From positions 228,908 to 292,907 of the forward strand of contig NW_003314300.1 of NCBI RefSeq assembly GCF_000143415.4: 64,000 bases of DNA, given 5' to 3'. The stretch comes from Selaginella moellendorffii. Its lineage: Eukaryota; Plantae; Lycopodiophyta. Below the pieces are notes generated by a model. That model was not told the DNA's origin, made no database searches, and saw nothing but the letters and a program-made list of their open reading frames with translations. Both the position numbers and the translations under genes were made by a program. Of the stretch, positions 33,015 through 45,599 are shown one piece after another; the first letter of the stretch is position 1; each line of letters opens with the position of its first letter.

Positions 33015-36000
33015 TGTAACATGTGAAAATGTCGGGATTGAGTCTAAGAAAGAGTTAGAGATGAAATTCAAGATGGAATTCGAGAAGGAGTCCGAGATAA
33101 AGTTCGAGATCGAGTTCAAGATAGAGTCCAAGAAAGTCCGAGATGGGGTCTGGATGGAGACTGAGACCGGGTCCAAGATGGAGTTTAAGACCGGATTTGA
33201 GACCAAAACTGAGTTTGTGTCTGTGTTTGAGTCTGGGTCCAAGACCAAATTTGAGTCCGAGATTGAATTCGAATACTAATACAAGTTATGGGGTGAAAGC
33301 CAAAGCAATCATCCCCAAGGAGGAGGGGGGGGGGGGCTCCAAAAGTATAGCAGGGTGAGTATGAGGGTTAGACTCCAATGAAACTACTTTGGCTAGAAAA
33401 GTCTAGTGTGATCTAGGAAGGCTACACCCATATGGTGGGTGATGATATAATTACTGAGGAGTCTAAGGTTAAAGTGAACATAGATGGACAAATGGGATAA
33501 ATTGGTAAAGTGTTCAAAAGCTAGCTCTAGCTCCCTTAGAAATCAAATGGTTGATGCTCTCAATCTAAGTGTGAGTGGCATAATGTAGCTTATTGGAACC
33601 TCAATTTAACCATATGGCTAGGGCACTTAGAAGTGAAAGATGGGGGGAGTATTCACAATATTCATGTAGGGCTATGGTATTTGAAATGTGTTATAAAGTC
33701 TTAGATTGTGGAAAGGAAGAGGAGTAGTTCTCTTGTGTAGTGAACAAGGATATGGTTGTGTGGTGAGGAAATCAATAGAATTTAGTGGTCGAGCCTTCAA
33801 ACCTTCAACCCCTAACTCAGTAATGATGTTAGCGAGTGGACAGAGAGGGACTTGGTGGGAACCAAGGTAAGAATATTAGGGAAGGGTGTTCCCATGTCTC
33901 TAGGCATCCTAAAGATCATACTTGCATCCGAACATTCGAATACAACTGGATTTGAATGGGTATCGAACGTTTAATACCCGTTTAGGTTTTTTTGGAATGG
34001 GTATAATGGTTTTCAGTTTTAATATAATTAAAAAATAATTAACTGTTACTAAACAAAGTTTAACATAATATAATCTAATCTAATCTTCATCCTCCGAATC
34101 TAGAACATCATCACTACTAGCACCGTCATCATTAGGTTGTTGAAGAGGTTCTTCAACAACCTCCTGAAGTGCAAGGATCCTTTGCCATTGAGGCTCAAGC
34201 TCAAGGTTATCAAGATCATGCTCGATAAGCTTCAAACTCCCGAACTTGATCTTCTGTACAACACGCATATTTGTGTGCACAAAAACCAGCTTCTCCGAGT
34301 TTTTGGAGAGCAGTCGAGACCTCCTCTTCATCTGGATCATGCTCCATGAACTCCAATTTTACTCACATGGTGAAGCACAAACTGGTTGACTCAAGATCCA
34401 TAAAGCAAGCCTTTGAAGTTCTAGTGTGCCTGCACCAAAGTTGCTCCACCAACTCACTGGGTGTTTCCGGTTCTCCATCTATACAAGAGAATCAGTCTAA
34501 AAAGTTGACAAACAAACAGTTTATACGCACCTGCTTTGCTGCCTTTGAAGAGAACAAACAACCAAGTTGTTGACGGAAACTTTGAAACTCGTGCAGCAGT
34601 TTGTGTTGAAGTCCTCGATCTCCTTTGCAATACAACTCTGGGTACTCCACAAAATCTTCCTAAGCCTCCTGGTCGAGAGGGAGATGAAGAAAAGCTGGGT
34701 TCAGAACAAAAGCAGCTCCATGCAAGATCGAATGCATTTGGAACCAACAAGCTGCTTTTCGACCTCCCTCGCCATGATCCTCCATCATGAACCTGTTGAT
34801 CTCCTTGGCCTCTTCCTTGGCTAAAATCCCAGTCTCAACAGCCTTTGAAAGCTTCTCATTCATCCGGTCCATAGCCTAGAAAATGAGACCGGAAGTTGCC
34901 CCCTCCCGGTCCGCAAGCTTCAAGACCTTGAGGAGCGGTCCAAGCAGCACCAACAAGTGCTGGCATCTAGTCCAGAAAGAGTTCGAAGTCTCTTCTAAGA
35001 TCCGAGTTCGAATGCGCTTGGCTTTGGCGGTCTTTGTGATGTCCAATCACCGCCACTTGGAGCTCACAACCATCTCCTTCAATGCCTCCAAGGTCGTCAG
35101 ATTCAGGAGCTAAGACATCACTAGAAACATGTAAGCGAACCTTGTGCTCGCTGGCTTGATGAGATCCCAATTGCTCAGCTTCCGAAACAAAGCTAGAACA
35201 TGAGGTTTTTTGGTGATAAAAGTTACCATCTCGTTGCAGCCTTTCACCAGTGGTTTTACCCATGACAAGCTCCCGATGTCTTTGAAGAGAAGGTCCAAGA
35301 TGTGGCACACACACCGGCTGTGGAGAATGTGAGGATACTTAGCTGTCATGAGTTCTCCCATCTGCACGCAGTTTGATGCATTGTCAGTGATCACCTGAAC
35401 AACGTTTTCTTCGCTAACTTCTTGAATCACCTTCTTCAGCTCGACCCAAATCCACTCTCCCATCTTTGTCCTGCCCTCAGAATTTACAGACTAAAAGAAA
35501 ATTGAACCCTAGACGTTGGAGGCCATGAAGTTGATCAAGGATTGGCTACAGTTGTCAAACCAGCCATCGATGAAAATGCTAATAAAGCTTCTTCAACTGT
35601 GTACTCTGCAGCTTCTCATATCCCATCATCTATGCAAGAGCTCTAGGGCTGAAGTCGATAGCAGCTTGAAGTAACTTCCTCAGATTTAGCCTCCGAATGG
35701 TGTTGAAAGGGATATTTTAAACATAGAAGAACTCGGCCACGGCATCATCCAGACATTGAACCTTTGTAGACTTCATCATCTTTCGAATGTCACCATCCAA
35801 TGCTGGTGCAGCACTTCGTTTAAGGCTGCTGCTCCCGGAAAGTGGAATGCTGCTGCTGCTCGCCTCGCCCAGCCCTCCAGTAGCCCCACCACTTGCCCAG
35901 CAACTGGCACCACCACTCACCTCACCGACCTTAGTCTCGTGAGCTAAGGCAAGTCTCTCTTGGGGACTTGCTGCAATCATGGAGCTCTTCATGAGCTCCA

Positions 36001-36801
36001 CACGATTAAAAGATGCCCGAGCCTTGTTCACCACCTCCAGTGGCACCTGTCCTGTACAAATCTCTACATTCCTTCCTTTCACACCCCTAAGGTGAGCGCG
36101 AACTCGTTCAGCCGCGCCGGTGTAAGTATTCGAGCAATACTTACACTTCCATGGACTCATGCTGTGGCCTATCTCAGATGTCAGCCTCAGTTTCAGAACA
36201 TGAGCCCAGCTCCAGCATGGCTGCCTTCCTCCCCCCATCCTGGACTTACCTCAGTGCTTCCGGATCCTGCGAACCCTGATTTTACATGAACCCTAATCCT
36301 AAGTAAAAGAAAGCATATTCTTTAGGGTTTTTAAAATATTCTTGGTGTTTAAAAGCCGTTTTAAATGCTGTATTATACACACGTTTTAAACAGTGTTTTT
36401 TATTAATCATACCTGTTCAAATGCAAGTATGCTAAAGATGCTAAAATGTAGTCTTGGGAGACCACTCATGGATAGATGGCTTAGTTTTTGGGAAATAGGA
36501 TTGTGGTAAAAATGGTTTTGGACTACCAATGAGACGAAAGTGAATGAATATAGCTTTAGCATAATAGGATGATTGGTACTTTGAGTGTTTATCGTGGGTT
36601 TAGACATGTGAAACACTTGAACCAAGTATAAAGGCGGAGTGGTATAGAGGCCATTCTCACGGCTAGCAAATCCTCAAGTTGGGAATAGGACTTATGGAGG
36701 CTATGAAAGAGACCTTCTAAGTGGTCAAAGTTGTGGTTAAGTGACTAAAGTAAAATGGAAAATTTAGTTGCTTTCTCTTTCAATGTTTCTATTTCATTAC
36801 A
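33015..36801 (+). mobile_element. Degenerate LTR related to the nested chromovirus LTR, split by a hAT element
   Basis: TGTAAC start, decayed GAGTCC hexamer array, AATACTAATAC..GGGGTGAAAGCC..poly-G..CCAAAAGTATAG block shared with 5795-5880, TTACA end. No matching TSD found. Confidence 0.7.
33917..36431 (-). mobile_element. hAT DNA transposon with pseudogenised BED-DUF659-hATC transposase
   Basis: TIRs CATACTTGCATCCGAACA / TGTTCAAATGCAAGTATG and 8-bp TSD CTAAAGAT (33909-33916, 36432-36439). BED finger WKCKYC...RVRAHL, DUF659 VVQVITDNASN...CVCHILDL, and dimerisation-domain KRRSRL...KLVFVH. Confidence 0.93.
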
Positions 36802-37053
36802 ATAATATATATAAATAACTTTCACTACTTATTTACATTAGTCTATTTAAATTTATCAATGGATTTGGTTTGTATGCTCAAGACCTTTGACTTTTCTCTC
36901 TATATCACCTGCAAATAAGGGCATATAATCTTTTGTAAGCTTGATAACTTCCAAAGCAACAAATGTGGCTAATTTTATTAGTTATTTCCTTGTTGGTGAC
37001 ATCCAAATGGTGTTTGATAATTAGTGCATTTTGCATAAACAAAAAGATGAGTC

Positions 37054-39740
37054 TATACTTACTGGCAAACAATAGAATGAAACAAACTAAATGGACACAA
37101 ATGTGTTCAAATATGGAGACAAATCAAGATACCAGTTTGTATAATTAAACTGTAAAGAAACCCTAATTATATATAAAAGAAATAAATTTGAAACATTGAA
37201 ACTTGAAATTCAGATTTCAAACACACAAATGGCAATGATCACACTTCCTCTTCTTCATCATCAACATTTGATCCAATCTCTACTTCATCATCATAAACCT
37301 CCTCCATTTCAACATGTAGCTCCGCTTCAATCTCCTTGAGTGTTTCCTGTATCAAAATAATTCTAATCCATTGAGGCTCAACCTTTATTTCATCCGTATT
37401 CACCTCTAGAAGCCTTATCTCATGTGTTTTGATCTCCTTGAGCAGCTTTAAGTTGCTGTAGTAGAAGACGAGTTTCTCCATGGTCTTCACAAGCAAACGA
37501 GCTTGCCTCTTTGTCTGCATGATGCTCCAAATGCTCTAATTTCACTCAAAGGCTGAAGCTGATATGGTCTGGCTCTTAAAGTTTTGGCAACGCTGATCCA
37601 TACTCTATCCACCAGCTCACTGGATGGAGTTGCATTTTTCAATGTTTGGTAATTGCACGAGATTCTTGTGGTGCAGCTTCCCTGAAAATCTGATATTGGA
37701 AAGTGAGCTTTTGAAGCAGCTCATAGTTCTTAGCTCCAGCCACCATCTCAAAGTAATCGTGAAGATCACTCTTTGCTTTAGAATCTTCTAGCAAGCTCAA
37801 CCAGAGAAGATTCAAACAATGAGCAATACTTTGGAGTGTAGAGTGGAGCATTTTCCATCAACTCTTGCTTTGCATCTAGAGATTCACTGGGTCAAGCTCT
37901 TCCGTGCTCAACTCAAAGATGAAATGCTTGATGGCGTTAATCCTCTCTTCAGCAACTATCTTGTTCACAGCCAAAACCTAAAGAGCCTCTTAAGCTTGAT
38001 CCAAGGTTGCTTCTTCTCAATCCACCAATTTTAGAACCTTTAAAATCGGTTCCATCACCAGTAAAACCTCAACACAACAATGCCAAAAACCACCATTTTG
38101 AATCAGGACTTTCACTGTTGATACTTCACTCAGTTTATCCCAATTTTGGTACCATATATCTAATACCACAAACTATTGCAAAGCTTTGAGCATGTTTAGT
38201 TCAGTCAAGGAGCTCATCACCATAAAGTTGTACACAAATTTAGTTGATGTTGGTTTGATGAGGTCTCGAGGGGCAATTTTTCGGAATGTTGTAACCAGGC
38301 TTGGCTTCTTCAGCATGAAATTGACAATCTTCTCATAGCCGCTCACACAAGGTTGAACCCAATTAAAGTTAGTGATATCCTTCAAGAGGAGGCTTAAGCA
38401 GTAGCAAACACATTTGCCATGAACAATCTTTGGAAACTCCTCCCTCATGAAATCCCCCATGTGAACAAATTTGGAGCCATTATCAGTGATCATTTGAACC
38501 ACATTCACAACTCCAGCTTCCATGAAAACAAGCTTCAACTTTGACCACAACCAAAGACTAGTTTTCTTCTCCTCCAACGCATCAAATGATTTCAGAAACA
38601 TTGATCCATGAATGTTCACCACCATCACATTCACAATGCTTCGTTTCCTTGAGCATTGCCAGCTATTAGTGAGATTGTGTAGCCGAATTGTTTCTAGCCT
38701 TCACGCACAACATCTAGCCTTGAGTTCAAGCTTTCATACTCCTCATTCAAATGTTTCACTTGGATTGCTTCATACTTTGGAGACACCAAAAAGTAGCCTG
38801 GACCATCTTTCCCCACAGCACCGAGCATCTCTTTCTAGTACAGGTTGTTCACAATATTGAAAGCTTGTGTAGTTTCGTAGATGAACTTGCAAATAGCAAC
38901 ATTTGCATCAATGTAATTCTGGTTTTGCCATGTTGTATGCAAGCTTGTTATCTGCCAGCAACCATGCCCAAGCCCAGTTGCATTTCCCCACTAGAATTCA
39001 TAGGACCTGATATGTTACTCCATTGTTGCCCGCTAAAAAGTCCTCCAGAGATTACTTGCCTTGTCTGGGCATCTGCTACATTATTATCATTCAAAGCAGT
39101 AAAATCCATTGTCGCAGCTAGGGATTGTTGACTTGAAGCATTACTACTTGGCAGAAATGAAGATGTTCCATGAATCATAATTGGTGGGTAGGTAGCAGAA
39201 GCTGATCTCTGGAAAGGAGTCTTGAAAATCTCCCCATTAATGTTCACATACTGGGCATTTGCAATGTAAATAGTAGGACCATTTTTTTGTGGTGGTTCAC
39301 AACGATGATAATCACTGAAGAACTTCATTTGCATTTCATTGAGCATATTCAAGGGCACATGACCATAGCAAACCTTAATCTTTTCCCCTAGGACCCTCCC
39401 TACATGCACAATCAATCTCTTCAGTGAACTAGATTTCAACTCATTGCAGAACTTGCAAGTCTAGGGGCCTTGTTTGTAGCCTTGCTTATAAGTTGTACTA
39501 TAGATAGTGAATCGATCCCACAAGGAGTTTTGTTTTTTCCTTAGATGATCAGAAGAGGCAGCTTGGCGAGCCATTGCACTAGCAATTGCCTCCCGCCCGC
39601 GGAAAGAAACATAAAAAATTGTAAAAGATTTTAGTTTAATTTGGAATATTTGTTTAACTTGGGAACTCTCTGCAAGCAGAATGTGAATGCCCATTTATGA
39701 ACAAGTTTTTACAAATCAAATGTGTTTTTTGGTAAGTATG
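37054..39740 (-). mobile_element. Second, more decayed hAT element (BED-DUF659-hATC)
   Basis: Imperfect TIRs TATACTTAC.../...GTAAGTATG and TSD GATGAGTC/GATGAATC (1 mismatch). ORF pieces 38173-38634 (VVQMITDNGS...CVCYCL) and 37239-37520. Confidence 0.82.
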
Positions 39741-39829
39741 GATGAATCATTTAATTGTTGCAGGGGTAATCCATATCTTTATCTTTAGATTCCTAACTAG
39801 AAAAGCACACACCCTCCAACCATTATAAA

Positions 39830-41154
39830 TCCAAAAGTATAGTAGGGTGAGTGTAGGGGTTAGACTCCAGTGAAACCAATTTGGCCAGAAAAGACTAGTG
39901 TGATCTAGGAAGGTTATATTTATATAGTGGGTGATGATATAATCATTGAGGAGTCCAAGGCTAAAGTGAACACGGATGAACAAATGGGGTAATTTGGTGA
40001 AGTGTTCAAAAGCTAGCTCTAGCTCCCTTAGAAGATAAAATGGTTGATGCTCTCAATTTAAGTGTGAGTGGCACTATTTATTTGGATACCTGATGTAGCT
40101 CATTAGGACCTTGTTTTAACCACATGGCTAAAAGCAAAAGGTGGGGGGAATATTCATGAGGCTCGTGTAGGGCTATAGTGTTTCGAAATGTGTCATAAAG
40201 TCTTAAATTATGGAAAGGAAGAAGAATAATCCTTTTGTGTAGTGAATAAGGATATGGTCGTATGATGAGGAAGTATTAGAGGTCAATAGGACTTAGTGGT
40301 CGAGCCTTCAAGCCTTTAAACCCTAACTCAATAGTGGTGTAAGTATTGTTGTGGATGGAGAGGGACTTGATGAGAACCAAAGAAGAGATATTGGGGCCTA
40401 TATTTCTAGGCATCCTAAAGATGCTAAGGTGTGGGAAACCACTCATAGATAAATGGCTTAGTCTTTGGGAGATGAGACTATGGTATGGATGGTCTTGGAT
40501 TACTAATGAAACAAAAGTGAATGGATATAATTTTAGCATAATGGAATGATATATCAATGGTACCTTTGGGTGTCTATTATGGGTTTAAACACGTGAAACA
40601 CTTGAACCAAAAGGTGGAATGGTATAAAAGCCATTCTTATGGCTAATAAGTCCCCAAGTTAAGAATGGGACTTATGGAAGTTATGAAAAAGACCCTCTAA
40701 GTGGTAAAAGATGTGGTTAAATGATTAAAGTAAAATGGAAAATTTACTTGCTTTCTCTTTCAATGTTTCTATTTCATTACAAAGGGTATAATATATATAA
40801 ATAACTCTAACTACTTATTTACATTAGTCTATCTAAATTTATTGGTAGATTTGATTTGTATGCTCAAGACCTTTGACTTTTCTCTCTATATCACCTGAAA
40901 ATAAGGGCATATCATCTTTCGTAAGCTTAGTAACTTCTAAAGCAACAAAGGTGGCTATTTTATTAGTTATTTCCTTGTTAGTGACATCCAAATGGTGTTT
41001 GATAATTAATGCATTTTGCATAAACAAAAAGATAAGTCCTATAACTCATTTAAGTTAATGATATTGCTACAAGCTTTGCTAGAATGGTAATCCATATCTT
41101 CATCTTTGGATTCCTAACTAAAAAAGCAAACACCCTCCAACCATTATAAATCCA
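39830..41154 (+). repeat. Tandem duplicate (about 1.3 kb) of 33338-39829 without the two hAT insertions
   Basis: The LTR 3' part and downstream flank are repeated; both hAT sites are empty in this copy. Confidence 0.85.
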
Positions 41155-41470
41155 TTAGACCAAGCAATTCATGCTTGGAATGACCTTCTATTGAAATAAA
41201 AGCTTAAAGTTGTGGGATTATGTGTTGAGTATAAGTGCAATGCAATTGGTAAGACTGAAACAGGCCCTACAAGGCCTAAACACCCAAAGCATGCAACTTA
41301 TGTTGTGCAATACACACATTCATCTCTTGCACACGGCTTCATAGCAAAGCACATCTTGCATTGCCAAACGTGCTAGTACATCTTTTACAACATCCCCTAG
41401 AAGATCTTCTATTCCATTGTAGACTAACCCTTCAATGAGAGTTGTTGGCTCAAAGCTTCAAGGCACTGGA
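40800..41470 (-). pseudogene. F-box gene remnant, inverted paralog of 23790-24200
   Basis: Minus strand reads EDLLGDVVKDVLARLAMQDVLCYEAVCKR* (F-box) and shares GAGCCAACA.CTCTCATTGAAG and AGGCCTT.TAGGGCC.GTTTCAGTCTT with the 23.8-kb remnant. Confidence 0.65.
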
Positions 41471-42589
41471 AGAAGTTTCCAACTCAGGATCATTACTATG
41501 GGTATGTATAAGACAACAGGGGTAACAAAGTATGGTAGGTTTTGTTTATCTCATATTTCTCTCTCTACTCCCTCCTCCCTATTGTTCTCATTACTCTTTG
41601 ATGGATAGATCTAACATTATTTTAAGGATATAAATATTTCACCATATGGAGTTAAATATTTCAGGAACAATTAGAATAAACACTCCCAATAGAGAGTCAA
41701 ACAATGTCTCAAGTTTGTTAACCATACATGATCTACCTAGTGTTCTAGGGTGGCAAATAATACCACTATTCCTATGATACATTTAGTGTTCTAGGGTGGT
41801 AAATAATGCTATTGTTCCTACTATATACTCAATCAAGGTAACTAGAAATATCAATTTCTTATCTAAAGAAAACCAATAAATACCTTTTGATATTCACAAT
41901 TATATTTGTAAGACACTCTCCCTTTTTTAGAAGATCAACGTTCTCGTCCATGCATATTCTAGCCTAGACCATCTCCAAACAAACAACTCCAGAAAAAAAT
42001 TCACAGTATTTATGCTTTTATAAAAGATGCATTTTCAGAATCTTTCCAGGGAGATTTCACTTTGATTCAAGAGTAGAACGCTGGGGTGAGCTCTTTACCA
42101 GAAACTTAGTGTTGATATTGAGGGTGAGTGTTATTGTGTGTTGGATCCACAAGATTGGAAGAAGCTGATCAATTTGGAGCATCCTGAACGATCCTACCCG
42201 TCTATGCCAGTAGTCAGTACTTCGGCTTGGTGGAAATTGGTGGTGGCATCGGTATTCTTTCGAGTTTCATCTTTACTGTGGACGACATCATTACAGAATC
42301 TCAAGTGCTAGTCGAACTCAAGAAAACCAAGCCCTTGCGTCCAAAGTAGTCGTGGACCAAATTCTGCAACTTCATGTTGCTATACTGCTTGGAGAGGACG
42401 TTTTGGATTTGAGAAGTTTGAATTGGCAGACGTTTTAGGGAAGCCCAAGTAGAGGGTGTGTCTATCGTTTAGAGCTTGACTTTGTGGTTGTAAGATGAAC
42501 CACAGGGTAAGTTGTATATTAATATGATATAAGATTTCTGTCAAAGAGAACACTATCACTCCAGGATCTTCTATGAACTACTTGATCCA

Positions 42590-43756
42590 TCAAGAACACC
42601 ACCCCCAATCCATGTCCAGATTGGAAAAACTTGGACACCAGCAGCTCATGTTGTTCCAGTTAACACCCCGAGAGCTTCTGAATGGATTTGCCACACGGGT
42701 CCACTCTCTCAACGCCAGCTCGAAGCGAAACACCTCCTTGCAAGAGCTCAAGTCGCCACTCTTGGAAACAAATGCCACCAAGACAATGTTGGCCATCCCA
42801 AACGCAAACCAGCCGGCACCATCGTCCTGCGAGATTGACTCTTTCAATAACCCATGCACGTACTTGTCTGGCAACTTTGACACGTCTTCCCAGTCCTCGT
42901 TGTTGCTGCATACACAAAGTTCTTCCATAGCGAGGTGACTTCCGTGGACCGTCTTTGCAACACGGCATGCATGGCACGATCCTTTAAGACTCTTTGCACC
43001 ACCATCACCACCAGGCTTGTACAGCCAGATCCTCACGCAACCTTGGAAATGCAAGCGCCTCTGCATCGAAACGCACACAAACACGTCCTGCTCCAGCTGA
43101 AAGAAGCGATACTTGACGCTCCCAGGACTTCGCGGAAGATGAAAGCTTCGCCCCTTGATCGGCCTGGGAGAGCTGATTGTTCTAACTGGATTTCTTGTCG
43201 CTTCCAAAACATCCAGCTGTTGCAGCGAGCTCGTGCCCAGGACATTAGCATACGACAAATGTCGCGAGCACTCGATCTTGATGCCCGAGTCTCCATTGAA
43301 CCTCTCGCCCAAATAGCAAATCCGCGTCCAGTCCTCCACGGGGGGGGCACCCACTGCCTCGAGCTTGAGGCTCGGGTTGAGCTTGCAGAGCCTGTGTGAC
43401 TTGGGCGTGACAATGACTAGAAACTCTGACTCCACCGATGGAAGATTAATCTCTCTTACGAATCCAGTCACTGGGTTCCAAGCAAAGATGGTTTGAGTGT
43501 TGCTGTTCTCCTTGAAGAAGAGAATTCCACCCGCGACTCCGCAAAGATGACCCTTGATCTGGGATGGATATGGTAGCTTGTAGTTGAAAAATCCTCTTTC
43601 CATATCCCATACATGCAACACTTTTCCATTGTCATAAACGAGAGCGTGCCTCAGCCTGCTCACACTCTCGGCCACCTGGTAGTTCTTGCTTTTGCTATCA
43701 CTGGTTTCGTAAGGAGCGTACCTTGCACCACATCTCGTCGTTCCAAGCTTTGCCAT
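42590..43756 (-). CDS. F-box-associated/kelch-like beta-propeller protein (copy 2)
   Basis: 388-aa paralog of 24919-26103. Confidence 0.65.
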   Translation of the reverse strand: MAKLGTTRCGARYAPYETSDSKSKNYQVAESVSRLRHALVYDNGKVLHVWDMERGFFNYKLPYPSQIKGHLCGVAGGILFFKENSNTQTIFAWNPVTGFVREINLPSVESEFLVIVTPKSHRLCKLNPSLKLEAVGAPPVEDWTRICYLGERFNGDSGIKIECSRHLSYANVLGTSSLQQLDVLEATRNPVRTISSPRPIKGRSFHLPRSPGSVKYRFFQLEQDVFVCVSMQRRLHFQGCVRIWLYKPGGDGGAKSLKGSCHACRVAKTVHGSHLAMEELCVCSNNEDWEDVSKLPDKYVHGLLKESISQDDGAGWFAFGMANIVLVAFVSKSGDLSSCKEVFRFELALREWTRVANPFRSSRGVNWNNMSCWCPSFSNLDMDWGWCS

Positions 43757-43784
43757 GACCTAATAAGTTGCACCCTTAAACCCT

Positions 43785-45563
43785 TTACAATGGAGCACTT
43801 ATAACTGATGTCCAGCCGAATGATTTATCTTCAAATGGCATGGTACTAAGGAGCTCTTTCGCGTGCTCCAAACGCTTGGCGCGGGCTAGCAAATCAACCA
43901 TGCAGCAGTAGTGCTGTCTCGTGGGTGTGATTCCATAATCTTCCACCATAGACGCGAACAAACTTCTCCCTCGATAGACTTCACCTTCGTGGCTACACGC
44001 GATTAGCAGCGACACGAAACAAGCCTCGTCGGGCAAATCCACCATCTTCATATGGTCAAAAACTTGGAATGCCTCGAGTATGTCACCGGCGAGAGAAAAC
44101 TTGGCTATCATCACGCCCCATGAAACTACACTTCGCTCGGGCATATCCTGAAAGAACTGCTCCAAACGAAATATCGAACTCATCTGAGCATATGCCACAA
44201 GCATTGCATTCCAAACACACAAGCTATTCTCCGGAACTTCTAAGAACAGCGAGAGTGCATCTTCCAAATGCCTGTTTTGGGCACACGCAGTGATCATCAT
44301 CGCCCAGCAGATTGAACTCCTTTCAGGCATTTGGGTGAAAGTATTCTTAGCTTCATCGAGACAGCCACGCCGTACGTAAGCAGATAACAAGGCAATCCAC
44401 ACCACTATATCTTTTTGCAAATGTAGCTCATCAAAGCTTTGCTTCACTATCTCCAGATCTCCAACCATGGCATACGCAGAGAACCAAGCAGTCCAAGCAA
44501 CCACATCAAGTTGTGGCATCCTATCCAAAACTTGCTTGGCCTTGTCCAACTTTTCAACACGAATGTAGCCGTCCACCATCGTCGTCCATGAAATGGTGTC
44601 GAGAAAAGGCATAGAAGTAAACACATATTCTGCGAGATCCATTTGCCTAGAACGGGTATATGCTAAAAGCAAGCTGTTCCAAGATGTAAGCTCGGCCTCC
44701 GGCATCATGTCAAACACAAACTTTGCTTCCTTAAAGTTTTGTTCTTGGCAATAGACATTAATCATAATGTTCCAGGTCGCGAAATCGCGCTCGGGCATAC
44801 GAGAAAACGACTCCTTGGCTTCGTCAAATTGGGAGTTTGCTACGAGTGACGCAATCAAAGCATTCCAAGTAATTAGATCATGTTCCGGCATCCTATTGTA
44901 AATGGCTTTAGCTGTTTTGATCTCACCACAGTTTCCAAAGCCAGACAACAAAGCATTCCAGCTTACCAAGTTCCTCTCCGGCATTGCATCAAAGAGGGAC
45001 TGGGCTTTATCTAGTTGCCCATTACGGGCATAAGCGCAAACCAAAGCAGACCATGAGGCCAAACTTCTCGCTGGGCTTTTATCAAATAAGATCTTAGCCT
45101 CTGCTGAGTTTGATTGTTTGGCATATGCACCAATGAGTGTGTTCCAGGAAATGAGATCCCTGTAAGGCATCTCATCAAAGATGGTTTTTGCATCGTAAGA
45201 ATACCCTCTTGTGGCATAAGCCGAGAGAAGAGTGTTCCAAGAAACGAGATCAACCTCAGGCAAGCTATCAAAAAATGACTTCATAACACCAAAGTGACCA
45301 TGTCTTCCAAACGCTGATAGAATAATGTTCTGGCAAACAACGTTTCGCTGTGGCATGGAATCAAAGAGCTCTTTTGCCTGAACAAAATGCCCGTTTTGAC
45401 AATATGCTCGTAAAATGCACGACCACGAGAAGGCATCCTTTGCAACAATGCTGTCAAACACTGCTCGCGCGTGTTCCAAATTCCCAGTTTTGCCATAGCT
45501 CTCGATTCGCTTGTTACAAACATATACCTCGTCAAAACCCACAAGCAAGACGAAGAGCCGCAT
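43785..45563 (-). CDS. PLS-class PPR protein with truncated E domain
   Basis: 592-aa ORF of SS-like repeats ending HYCCMVDLLARA...MPFE...WTSVISA. Confidence 0.88.
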   Translation of the reverse strand: MRLFVLLVGFDEVYVCNKRIESYGKTGNLEHARAVFDSIVAKDAFSWSCILRAYCQNGHFVQAKELFDSMPQRNVVCQNIILSAFGRHGHFGVMKSFFDSLPEVDLVSWNTLLSAYATRGYSYDAKTIFDEMPYRDLISWNTLIGAYAKQSNSAEAKILFDKSPARSLASWSALVCAYARNGQLDKAQSLFDAMPERNLVSWNALLSGFGNCGEIKTAKAIYNRMPEHDLITWNALIASLVANSQFDEAKESFSRMPERDFATWNIMINVYCQEQNFKEAKFVFDMMPEAELTSWNSLLLAYTRSRQMDLAEYVFTSMPFLDTISWTTMVDGYIRVEKLDKAKQVLDRMPQLDVVAWTAWFSAYAMVGDLEIVKQSFDELHLQKDIVVWIALLSAYVRRGCLDEAKNTFTQMPERSSICWAMMITACAQNRHLEDALSLFLEVPENSLCVWNAMLVAYAQMSSIFRLEQFFQDMPERSVVSWGVMIAKFSLAGDILEAFQVFDHMKMVDLPDEACFVSLLIACSHEGEVYRGRSLFASMVEDYGITPTRQHYCCMVDLLARAKRLEHAKELLSTMPFEDKSFGWTSVISAPL

Positions 45564-45599
45564 CTTCTCAAACTTGTTGTCGATTAAGCTTTGCCAAAT

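Noticed and set aside
33015-36801. Clean solo LTR
   Set aside because: The flanks (AGTAT vs ATAAT) give no TSD, so it is kept only as a degenerate LTR.
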